The notes under the pieces were generated by a model that made no database searches, had not been told where the DNA came from, and worked only from the letters and a program-made list of their open reading frames with translations. The position numbers and the translations under genes are program-made. This document shows, in pieces, positions 17,001 to 26,800 of a DNA stretch of 60,018 nucleotides (the first letter of the stretch is position 1; every line of letters starts with the position of its first letter). Source of the DNA: a virus (taxonomy: Duplodnaviria; Caudoviricetes); the IMG/VR virus record IMGVR_UViG_3300020083_000009, positions 1 to 60,018 of that record; one strand, 5' to 3'.

Positions 17001-20000
17001 GCCTGCTTTCTCACCCGTCCAAGTTCCTGTTGTAAAACTTATGTCATGGTCTGCTCCAATCGCAATTGATTGTGTAGTCAATAACCCCTGTAATGTTGCA
17101 CTGGTTGCAGTTAATGCACCCATGCTAAATTCACCACTTGCTCCACGTTGGACAACATAGTTGGCAGTATTAGCATTTGTAGCATTGATACCAATAGTAA
17201 CTGCAGCAGAGTTATTATATGAGTTTCCAGTAAGAGGTGATTGGATAGTTAAGGTATTGTTAAGAGATCCAGTAAAGTTAGAAGCACTAACTGTACCAGC
17301 ATTAAGTTGTCCTGTAAATGTAGATATACCTGCAACTGTAAGTCTTTGTAGATCAGAAGTTTCATTAGAAGATTGCTCTAATCTTGCAACAGTAGATACA
17401 CCAGCAACAGTTAATCTGTTCAGTGCTGCAGTACCAGCAGTCTGATTAATGTTGTTTTTAGTGCCACTAAAGGTAGAAACTCCACTGGTTTGACTATTTG
17501 CATAAACAAGTGTTCCACTAATATCAACAGTGCCAAAGTTTGCAGTACCAAAGTTTGTAAGACTAACAAAGGTGGAAACACCAGCAACAGTTAGGTTGTT
17601 AAGTTCAGCAGTGCCTGCCTGTTGTTGAATATTATTTTCAGCTGAGGTGAAAGTTACAATTCCACTATGAATCGCATTAATATTGGTCATGTATGGAATT
17701 GATGCCCCAGAAGTTCCGCCAAGAGAATCAAAGAATAATGTACCTACAGTTGTAACACCAGTAACGGTAAGTCTATTCAATGCCGCAGTACCAGCAGTTT
17801 GATTAATATTATTACCAGAACCACTGAAGGTAGAAACTCCAGATACAACTTCGTTAGTGACCTTAAAGTTTTGGAAGGTTGCAATACCAGTTGCACCAGT
17901 AACTGAGATATTAGTTGCAGCAATTCCAAGAACTTCTAATTTACTATTATTAGTAATAGTGACATTGCCATAAAAAACTGGAGTAGTCACTAAGTCATAG
18001 CTTAATCCATTACCTTGAAGAATTGCTCCTAAGGATGGTAGCGCAGAAAGACCAGTACCACCTCTGGTAATAGAAATATTACCAGTAAAGTTAGCGGGAT
18101 CAAGGAAGTATGCACCAGAAACACCACCAAGAGTTGCAGCATCAACATCACCAGTTGCTGAAGGTTTGATTGAAACCGCACCATCAGCATCTACGCTGAA
18201 AGTAGAAGTTTTAAATTTAGCAACACCAAGAGTTGAATAAAGATTAGGAGTTCCTGCAGCTCTATTGACTTTTAATTCTACCTTACCGTAGTATGTGTTA
18301 ATACCAACACCACCAGGAGCAGAATCAGACGTAGTTGCAGTGGCACTTAATGGTTGTGTTGTACCAATACCAACTGAAGTAACAACTTTCTTGTATGAAG
18401 AATCACCTGCAAGGAACGTAGTATCACTTGCAGATCCACTACCTAATCTAGATGGGCTAATTGTTCCAGTTGTAACATTGGAAGCGTCAATTGATGCCGA
18501 AGAAAGAACTGTAAAGTTATCAAAAATTGCTGATGAAGTATTAATTGTTGCGTTATATGTTACATTCTGTTTGGTAAGTGAGAATACGCCTCCATTAGTA
18601 TTTGCAATTCCTGCGGCGCCCAAGGTTAAACCATTTACAGAGGTTAAAGCATCTGCTCTAGTTTCATGAAGTGTGAAGGCGTTTTGTGTGATTGAGCCAA
18701 CAAAGTAGAATGCTCCTGTAGTAATTCCTGTTGGGGTTGTTCCAGAAGCCCTAACTGCATCACCAGTTGTATAACCATGATTGACAAAGATAATGTGCTC
18801 TTCTGAAGTATTAACACCAACTCTTGTTAAAGAGTGTGATCCAGTTCCACTACTAGTGAAATCAACTTTTGTTGCTAATGCATAAGAAGTATACAGTTCA
18901 ACAGAACTAACGCCAACTCTCTTAATATAATAAGTATTTGATTGTGTTAATCCACCAACCAAGTTTCCATTATTAGAGGAATAAATTACAGGATCTCCAT
19001 TTGTAAATGTTGTAACTCCGACAATGATTCTATCATTGGCAAAATCAACATCACCACCAATTGAAGTATCCGTAGGTTCAAATGTTTTACCATATCCAAC
19101 ACTAGTATCAGTGCTGATTGCTACAGCATTACCATCAGCAATATAATCAGGAAGTAGTGTTGAACCAGTAAACTTTTGGTTATTTGTCAGTGTTAGATAT
19201 AATCGTGTTTCAAGATCATTTACTGTTGCACTAAATCTAGATCCACTAACTCTTCCACCAATTAATGAGTCATCGTTAATTGTTAAAGTATCTCCAGATA
19301 CATATTTTCTACCACCAAAATTAACTCTAACTTGTGTGACAGTTCCTGCAGCACCAACCGTGATTGCAGCTCTTGCACTTGTACCAATACCTGTATTAGT
19401 ATCAAGAACACAGGTATACACACCAGGATTAGTATAACCAGATCCACCACTCGTAACTGTAACACCTAAAAGAACACCCTTTACAAGACCTGTAGTACCA
19501 TATCCAACAGCATTAATTGGAGGTCCTGTAACAATGCCAACAGCACCACCAGCACTATTAGCACTGACTACAGTATCTCCATTATTAAAGTTATAATTAG
19601 TAGTATCACTAGAAAGAATTAAATATTGACCGTAAACATCAGAGATAAGAACATAACCATTTCCAGGTTCAATTACGGTATCGCCGTTTTGTAAATTTGT
19701 AGCAGGAATTAGGTTAACAAGATCAGTTCTACCACCAGATACATTGGCACGATAATAATTAACAACTTTAGGTGGAATAAGATCTGCGTTAATTTGTCCA
19801 GTTGCGTTTAACTGAACAACAGCACTTGGAACGGCATTTGTTGTTAGGTTTCTATCGATAAAGCTTCCAAGTCTATTATTTAAGAATGTTCTTATAGCTT
19901 TTTGTGTAGAAACTTTAGTATCCTGGGATCCACCAACTTCATTATCACCAAGACCAATATCAGTTGAGAACGCTTCAATTTCAACACCACCAGAAAGGCT

Positions 20001-23000
20001 AAGTTTTAAGCTGGCAAGAACACCAATACTTACTTTGTTATTGAAAACAATATTACCTGTTCTGTTGAATGCTGTAATGAAGGCACCAATTTTAAAATCA
20101 CCAAGTTCATTAGTACCCGAAGAATAAACACGACCACCAAGTTCAAAGATTTGCTCAGACGCTGGATCAGTTTGACCACCGTTTTGTGGTAAGGCATTAT
20201 AGTCCGTACCAGATCCAGAATATTCCCACGTATGACCAGAAGAGTTAATAATAGAAGGTCTGTGGAAAAATAATTGATAATTTTCTGGAAGAGTAGCAAT
20301 ATTAGAAACAACTGTTCCAGAAGGTGTTGATGCAACTTTAAATTCTGTGGTTCTATAAGTTGTAATACCTGTAACTGATGTTACCGCAATTGAAACTGGA
20401 GATCCACTATGATCTGCAATTTTCAAAGTATTTGTATAATTAGTAACTCCAAATAATCTTCTAACACCACCAGAAGCTTCTACAGAAACAATTAGTTGCC
20501 TACTTTCACTCAGATAAGTTAATGCAAATCCAACAGCAGTTCCGCCTGGGACAGTTTGTTGAACAGTTCTACCAGAAACAAAGTTTAATGTGCTTGTGGT
20601 AGATGCAATTCCAACTGATTGATATGCTGCATGTGTATCTAATACTTCACTTACAAAGAACTCAAGATTACCCTTGGTAAATGTATGAATACCTACAGCA
20701 GGTGATGTTAAATTAACTCGTCGTATTAAAGAGTTATCTTCATAAAGTTCAAATGTGTTTTGATCAATATATGAAAGATAGTATTGGTTGCCACTAACAA
20801 GACCGCCAATGACTGATGGAGGAATCGCTCCCTCATCTCCAGTGTATAGAACAATATCTTGGTTGGAGAATGGATGATTTGTAATTAAAAATCTATCTGT
20901 AGAGGTATTAATTCCAGTGGTTGCATTAAATTGTTGTTGAGTTGTAATTGGTTTAAACGAAGAAGTTTGATCTACGTTTGCATTATTGTAGAATCTAGTA
21001 ACATATAAATCTTGATCAGTTCTACCAAGACCAATAACTTTAAGTGTTTGTAAACCACCACTAATACCAGTAGCAGCAATACGTCCACGGTCAAATCTAA
21101 ATGAATTTGGAGACCAACCAACTGCTCTTAGTGCAAAAAGACCAAAGTTAGTTGCAGAGTTAGTAATGGACAGATATCCACCAGACTGACATAGTGATCC
21201 ATACTTACAGAAAATTTGGAAGCAAGAAACGACCTGAGCATAGCCTTCATTAATACAACGCCAACCAATACCACCGAAGGAAACCATGGTATAGGCAGCA
21301 GCAACCATGGATTTACCTTGTTCTGGCTGTGACTGTTCTACAGGATTTTCAACTTCCTGCTTAATAATTGGTGTGTTTGGCGAAGCAACTTTACTACCAT
21401 CTACAAGAATACCATTTGCACCTAAAAAGGATATAATTGAACAGTTCTGAATATATGGAGAACGAGTTATTACTGGCTTCGTATTCTTAGTTGCATATCC
21501 AACTCTACTTGCTGTTGAATCAGCTGGATCGTCAAATGCTAGACCATTATCAAATGTAAATTGTGGAATTCCAGCTTGATCCACAAAATCTTTCATTGCA
21601 AAGTTGGTTATATAACCGCCATTTCTAACACGGAATAAGTCCTTTCCAGCATTTGATGGTCGTATAATTGTATTTCTTAAGTTATCTCCAAGTACGGCAA
21701 CATCCTCATAAAGAAGAATTGGGTTATCTTCAACATAATCACCAGCTTCAACGATAATTGCAATTGGTTCAGATTTTGTTGAAGGATTTGTTACGTTTGG
21801 TGCTGCAGTTGTACCAATGCCAATAACAGATGTAATAATACCAACATAAGATACAACAGCAGATCTTACATTAGCACAATCAGTAATTGTTCCGATTCCT
21901 GGTGCTGGAACTGCTGATAGACTACTATTACCAATAGCTACAGTAAGAATTCCGACAATATTATCAATGCTTGTTTGAATATTTGCACAAGATGCGGGAT
22001 CAGTATTAAACCCAGTTACAGGATCCGCAATAATTGTAAAATCTTGTGAATTTAATTGGTTGGCGATTGCCTTTTTAGCATAGTCTCTAGCAGCTACAAA
22101 GGCAGTAATAGATTCAGATTCTTCATTAAGCAGCCCAGTTGTTAAAGCATATCCAGCTCCATTGAAATATCTTTTAGTTGCATAAACAATGTGCTGGTTA
22201 GAACCATAAGAAACATCTTGAGCAATAGCATCAACAATCTGACCAAGGTCTCTGGCACACTTACGACCACCAATAATGTTAGTTGAACCAATACCAATAC
22301 TACCGCAAACTACATTACATGATGTAGTGATACCTGCAAAAAAACCATTATTTGCAGTTGTAATACCAGCTGTGCTACCAGCACCAATCGTTGTTGTAAC
22401 AATACCTACAAGGGTATCAACAGCAGATCTTACATTAGCGCATGAGGATGCACTAGTATTTGAACCAGTTGCAGGATCTGCGGTAATACTAAGATCTGTA
22501 ATTGGAAGTCTGTTTGTCAAAGCTTCGTTCATTAACGTTCCAGCGGAACGGAACGCGTAAATGGTTTCTTGCTCTTCTCCAGCAAGACTGTTGATACCTA
22601 CACCATTAAAATACTTAAATACAAATTCTCTAGCATAACTATTACCACCAGTGAATACGTCTGTTGACACTGCATCAACAAACATACCCAAATCTCTTTG
22701 ACACTTGGCTGGGTTTGGTTGTACAAAGGATGGATACGCTGTAGCAATACCAGCATATGCATAGTTAATAATTGTTTGCCTATTTTGCTGAATCAAACGA
22801 TATGCATCATAAAATCTTGAACGAATATTAGTTGATTGTTCACCAGGGAAGTAAAAATCTGAGTGTGCAATTGCGACTGCAGCAAGAGATTTATCAATAA
22901 TCTCCTGTCTATTTGCTACAATTCTATTTCTAGCGTCTTTTCTACGATGGAAGTAATTTGCGTTGACATTATTAGGATCTTGAATTATAGTGTAATCAAA

Positions 23001-23843
23001 GACTTGTCCTACAGCAGTTTGATAGAGTGTGGGTGGTGTTTGATTGTTGATGATATACTGGGAAATAAAGCCAATATACTGGTAGGCAAAGAGAGCTTCC
23101 TCCTCTTCACCAGCAACAGAAGATACACCACCACTCCAGTAAGATAGAGCAGCTTCAACTGTTTTAGAATTACCACCATAGGAAAGGTCATAAACAATTG
23201 CATCGACGATGAGCCCTACGTCTCTAATGCAAGTTGTGCGATCATAATCTGGTTTATCAGTAGTAATATTTGGATAGCTAAATTCTAAATATGAAACAAC
23301 TTCATTTTGAATAAATTCTCTGTTGGAATTTAATAAATTACCAGCATCTATGAATCTACCAGCAGGAAGATTAAAACTTCTAAAGGATGCTAACTGAGCA
23401 GCTTTCTTGATAGTTTTGACAGGAAGTGCTCGTCCATCATTAATATCGTCACCATTTGCAGCAGAAACATATAATCTATTTTCGTATAAACCTGCAGTAG
23501 TAAATCCTAGCTGTCCATTTGGTCCAATGGTAAGGGTTTGACCATCAGTACCTGCTTTAGGAGGTAAAATAATTTCGTAAGAACCAGTAAATCCAGCTCC
23601 TGCGCTTGGAGGAGAAATAGTGATTTGATTTCCGTTAGAACTGATTCCAATTCTAGATTGGAAGGTAACAATTCCTTGAGCACCATTACCATCTACTGCC
23701 GAAATAATTCCAACAGTGGTAATACCAGTAACTTTAGCATGGCGAAGTGTTGCAATTCCAGCGTTGATATTTCTATTTGCGTCGGCAAAGGTATTTGTTC
23801 CAATACCAATACCGTGTTTTACCCTAAAGTTTTGATCAGCCAA
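14007..23843 (-). CDS. giant tail fibre/virion protein with beta-helix, inserted phycobiliprotein-like domains and C-terminal peptidase S74 chaperone
   Basis: 3278 aa; TTG start with GAGGGG SD; SSIKYKKDV...GFIAEEV...coiled coil; DADLLDG fibre knuckles. Confidence 0.85.
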   Translation of the reverse strand: MADQNFRVKHGIGIGTNTFADANRNINAGIATLRHAKVTGITTVGIISAVDGNGAQGIVTFQSRIGISSNGNQITISPPSAGAGFTGSYEIILPPKAGTDGQTLTIGPNGQLGFTTAGLYENRLYVSAANGDDINDGRALPVKTIKKAAQLASFRSFNLPAGRFIDAGNLLNSNREFIQNEVVSYLEFSYPNITTDKPDYDRTTCIRDVGLIVDAIVYDLSYGGNSKTVEAALSYWSGGVSSVAGEEEEALFAYQYIGFISQYIINNQTPPTLYQTAVGQVFDYTIIQDPNNVNANYFHRRKDARNRIVANRQEIIDKSLAAVAIAHSDFYFPGEQSTNIRSRFYDAYRLIQQNRQTIINYAYAGIATAYPSFVQPNPAKCQRDLGMFVDAVSTDVFTGGNSYAREFVFKYFNGVGINSLAGEEQETIYAFRSAGTLMNEALTNRLPITDLSITADPATGSNTSASSCANVRSAVDTLVGIVTTTIGAGSTAGITTANNGFFAGITTSCNVVCGSIGIGSTNIIGGRKCARDLGQIVDAIAQDVSYGSNQHIVYATKRYFNGAGYALTTGLLNEESESITAFVAARDYAKKAIANQLNSQDFTIIADPVTGFNTDPASCANIQTSIDNIVGILTVAIGNSSLSAVPAPGIGTITDCANVRSAVVSYVGIITSVIGIGTTAAPNVTNPSTKSEPIAIIVEAGDYVEDNPILLYEDVAVLGDNLRNTIIRPSNAGKDLFRVRNGGYITNFAMKDFVDQAGIPQFTFDNGLAFDDPADSTASRVGYATKNTKPVITRSPYIQNCSIISFLGANGILVDGSKVASPNTPIIKQEVENPVEQSQPEQGKSMVAAAYTMVSFGGIGWRCINEGYAQVVSCFQIFCKYGSLCQSGGYLSITNSATNFGLFALRAVGWSPNSFRFDRGRIAATGISGGLQTLKVIGLGRTDQDLYVTRFYNNANVDQTSSFKPITTQQQFNATTGINTSTDRFLITNHPFSNQDIVLYTGDEGAIPPSVIGGLVSGNQYYLSYIDQNTFELYEDNSLIRRVNLTSPAVGIHTFTKGNLEFFVSEVLDTHAAYQSVGIASTTSTLNFVSGRTVQQTVPGGTAVGFALTYLSESRQLIVSVEASGGVRRLFGVTNYTNTLKIADHSGSPVSIAVTSVTGITTYRTTEFKVASTPSGTVVSNIATLPENYQLFFHRPSIINSSGHTWEYSGSGTDYNALPQNGGQTDPASEQIFELGGRVYSSGTNELGDFKIGAFITAFNRTGNIVFNNKVSIGVLASLKLSLSGGVEIEAFSTDIGLGDNEVGGSQDTKVSTQKAIRTFLNNRLGSFIDRNLTTNAVPSAVVQLNATGQINADLIPPKVVNYYRANVSGGRTDLVNLIPATNLQNGDTVIEPGNGYVLISDVYGQYLILSSDTTNYNFNNGDTVVSANSAGGAVGIVTGPPINAVGYGTTGLVKGVLLGVTVTSGGSGYTNPGVYTCVLDTNTGIGTSARAAITVGAAGTVTQVRVNFGGRKYVSGDTLTINDDSLIGGRVSGSRFSATVNDLETRLYLTLTNNQKFTGSTLLPDYIADGNAVAISTDTSVGYGKTFEPTDTSIGGDVDFANDRIIVGVTTFTNGDPVIYSSNNGNLVGGLTQSNTYYIKRVGVSSVELYTSYALATKVDFTSSGTGSHSLTRVGVNTSEEHIIFVNHGYTTGDAVRASGTTPTGITTGAFYFVGSITQNAFTLHETRADALTSVNGLTLGAAGIANTNGGVFSLTKQNVTYNATINTSSAIFDNFTVLSSASIDASNVTTGTISPSRLGSGSASDTTFLAGDSSYKKVVTSVGIGTTQPLSATATTSDSAPGGVGINTYYGKVELKVNRAAGTPNLYSTLGVAKFKTSTFSVDADGAVSIKPSATGDVDAATLGGVSGAYFLDPANFTGNISITRGGTGLSALPSLGAILQGNGLSYDLVTTPVFYGNVTITNNSKLEVLGIAATNISVTGATGIATFQNFKVTNEVVSGVSTFSGSGNNINQTAGTAALNRLTVTGVTTVGTLFFDSLGGTSGASIPYMTNINAIHSGIVTFTSAENNIQQQAGTAELNNLTVAGVSTFVSLTNFGTANFGTVDISGTLVYANSQTSGVSTFSGTKNNINQTAGTAALNRLTVAGVSTVARLEQSSNETSDLQRLTVAGISTFTGQLNAGTVSASNFTGSLNNTLTIQSPLTGNSYNNSAAVTIGINATNANTANYVVQRGASGEFSMGALTATSATLQGLLTTQSIAIGADHDISFTTGTWTGEKAGKIQFHGNNLYLQFTGSLVGRNASAIDVFTLGSSGNASFNGAVTATTFTSTVTTATGAPFTVSSTTKVTNLNADLLDGLDTSSSNVINTVVTRDATGAFSAGAITGTSLIGSLNNTLTIQSPLTGNSYNNSAAVTIGINATNANTANYVVQRDASGNFSAGTITANLTGNITNTVTGTNSTELVRGNMADNDQFRILIGGTSSNAGFVEIATADDGTEPIHVRQYTGVFSSLQRTATLLDESGNTSFPGNVTASGTITGTQFISNVTGATAPFVVSSTTQVNNLNAALLNGFASTSDNNADTIVRRNNAGGFSAGTITATTFSGNLANTLTLNTFGTGLSGAATYNNSGGLGVTFTVTSNATSANTGGAIVARDASGNFIAGTITANLAGNATTATNATGSTFSGDAVNVSNINNRIDSGFYEHDSPTTGEGWPLNGSWMHLISSTHSNNNNYFAMQFAASFFNQTDLFYRSVNNNGNTAWSRIWHSGNDGSGSGLDADTLDGLELHTGTNNEANKVVRTQGNGYIMAGWINSISGNMGDSGNGVNKYYCSNDDYIRYIDRNAIKVQLGLTGKYDADRRDFTSDGNYFVGTMGWGTTDLNSVMTWGSGFFDTWSNPANQPSGTSHWVGVQAYHYVNAYNSGYGWQMCGGPIGNLRFRNSWPNNSGWTTVAMHDRNDGSGGGLFAGIYYDANNTGFYVDPASSSNLNESLTTNDYFARSWIRNNNSGSGLYNQATGQHWYSDAGNWWNVGANGNGFGIRLRHSYNGTIAGYLYGQYDNNFGLLSNDGNWQVRINNSEVELYDITYWNDGRGYIFYDRNNTGYNSDPDGVSRFNDTRVNILYDFNDTGWYVDPNGTTRLNRIRSPGTFNNTASGGANIRMTAAENDWVRAVSSIKYKKDVEDLEDSYVDNMLDNVRPVWYRSKCKADPEHHGFYGFIAEEVAEVDIRLVGLDENNEPEYVQYDQFVPHLVNLARRQRTQLQNQQELIDQLMQRVAALEAK
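16549..17271. repeat. 126-bp direct repeat pair (16549-16674 / 17146-17271)
   Basis: Both copies encode GSLNNTLTIQSPLTGNSYNNSAAVTIGINATNANTANYVVQR. Confidence 0.9.
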
Positions 23844-23883
23844 GGTTCACTATCCCCTCATGCGTGCTGTTATCTTAGGTTAT

Positions 23884-26800
23884 TTATATTCTGAATCCTA
23901 CAAAATTAATTACAAATGTAGTAATCCCAACTTGTGCTGGAGTTGCTTGTAAACGAATATAACCAGCGTCTATTCCTTCGTCAATATCAACTTCATAAGT
24001 AGCAACATCTGTGCCAGTTCCAACAGTTGCATATTCAACATTATAAGATACTGTACCATTATGGATTGCCAATATCTTAGTAAATTGGTATCTACCAGTT
24101 GCTCCAACACCTGATGTAGATGCTTGAATTTGATATTCTACGGATCGGTATTCTAATCTAGATAGTGTTTCATGAATTGTTATTGCTGTTGTAGTAGTAA
24201 CTCCAATTCTAGCGGTGCCTGTATTAGTATCATTACCATACATGATATTACCATAGACATGAAGTTTCTCTCTTGCTGCAGTTGTACCAATACCAACAGA
24301 TCCAATGCCACTTACCGCACTAAGAATTGAACCACCAACTCCAACATGTAAACTTGTAGTTGTTGTAAATCCACTATTTTGAATTTGAACACTATTTAAG
24401 AACGATATTGTACCAATTCCACTGTAATTTAAATTAGTACCAGTTAAAAATTGTGCAGTTGTATTTGTTGATTGTAGATTAACAAAGGTTGCAATGCCTG
24501 TAAAGTTAAGACCCCCACCACCAAGATCAAAATCAACGGTGCTAATTGATTGTGCAGTTACAATTCCAAGAGTAACAATCCCCGTGTAAGTCAAATTATT
24601 TCCTTTTAAGAAATTAATCGTACCGACGCCAGCATAATTTAAATTAGTGCCTGAAATAAAGGTTACAACACCAACTGCTGCTCTTAGATCTGAAATACTA
24701 GAAATACCTGCAGTATAAGTATTTGTAAGATCTGCTTGAGTATAAGTTGCTCTCGTACCAGAAAGTGTAGTTACAACACCAACATTAGCGTACAATGTTT
24801 GAATTGTACCAATTCCACTTGATGCAATATTAATATTGTCAATGTATTCTAGGTCTGCAGAAGTATATCCAATTCCAAGACCATAAAGATTTTGTATCGT
24901 ACCAATGCCAGTATAATTAAGATTTGTTCCACTTACAAAAGTTACAAGACCAACATTAGTAATAACCTTTTCACTAATTGTACCAATTCCACTGAAGGAA
25001 AGATTTACACCATTAGTTAAATGAGCGAGTTGGTTATTTGGTGAGATTAATAAGGTATTAATTGTTGTTATGCCAGAAATATTAGCATTTGTAATACTTG
25101 CAAATCCTACCGTTGCAACTCCAGTATAATTTAAGTTAGTACCAGATACAAATGTTACAATACCAATGTTAGCATTTAAATCACTAATGCTACCAATTCC
25201 ACTATAGTAAATGTTTATTCCATTTAAATATGTTTGTGTAGAATTTGTAGCTGTTAGTGTCGTAACAACTCCACTGTTTACATTTAATGTACTTAGTGAA
25301 GTAATACCAGCAGAATAACCATTTGTTGCAGTAAAGTGTGTAATTATACCAACATCAGCCTTTAAAGTACTGATTGAAGCACCACCAGAAACAATGGTAT
25401 CAGTGTTTCTAAAGTTTACTGCCGTTGATAATCCACTATAATATAAATTTGTACCACGAAGTTCTGTGATTGTGCCAAGACCAGTAAACTGAGCGTCGGT
25501 TCCGTAAATTATATTAACTGTAGCAATTCCAGATGTGTTTGTATTGGTAAGTGTTGATTCAGTAGCATTAAAATTAGTTATTGTACCAATTCCACTGTAC
25601 GAAATATTAGTACCAGTTAAATAACTTATTGTAGAAATTCCTGTTACATTTAACTGGGGGGCACTTAAAGATTCATTAATATTAAGTGTTGTTATAATTC
25701 CACTATTAACATATAAAGTTGAAATTGAACCTATACCGCTATTATAAAAATCAGTGCTTCCTAGGTGAGTTACAACACCAACACTTGAATTTAGGATTTG
25801 AAAATTAACCGTAGTGATAGTAGCTGCTGAGCCCACTATGTTTAATGTGTTAAAGTCAACTGCAGTTAAAATACCCGTTACATTTAAATTTGGTGCACTT
25901 AAAGACTGCGTAATGTTAAATGTCGTTACAAATCCACTGTTAACATATAAAGTTGAAATTGAACCTATGCCACTATTATAGAAAGTAGTGCTTCTTAAAT
26001 CAGTTACAACACCAACATTTGAAGTTATGATTCCAGAATTAATTACGGAAATTGTTGCTGCATAGCTTACATTTGCATAAGCTGCAGTTATAATTCCAGT
26101 AATATTTGCGTTTGTATTAGTTAATGTAGTTATAATACCGCTGTTAACATATAATGTTCTAATACTGCCAATTCCAGCGTTATTACTTCTAACGATTGTT
26201 ACTAATTCTGTATCAATATAATCATTAGTTGTTGTGGTATTAATTTGAATTTCTCCAACAGATATAAATGTAACTGATGCATCACTAGGTATTGATTCAG
26301 CGTAAACAAAATCTCCAACTTCAATATCAGAAGTGTTAATTCCAATTATGTTTGTAGTGATTCCAAGTGCAATATCAGCTGTTTTAATGCCAACAGAAGT
26401 TGCATTAGTTAGTAGATAAGAATTTCTAAAACTAGATACAACGCCAACATTAGATGTTATGATACCTGAATTTATCGTGGTAATCGTAGCTGCTGAACTA
26501 ACATTTACATCAGTCGCTGTTAATATGCCAGTAATATTACTATAAGTGTTTGTTAATGATGATACGATGCCGCTATTAACAAGTAATGTTGAAATTGAAC
26601 CTATGCCACTATTATAGAAAGTAGTACTGCTTAAATTGGTTATAACTCCAACATTAGACTTAATATCAGTAATCGTAGCTGCATAGCTTACAATAGCATA
26701 CTCAGCTTTTACACAAAATGCAGTTAGAATTCCAGTAATATTTGCATCTGTATTAGTTAATGCAGTTATAGTACCAGAGGTATAGGAAAGACTTTCTCCA

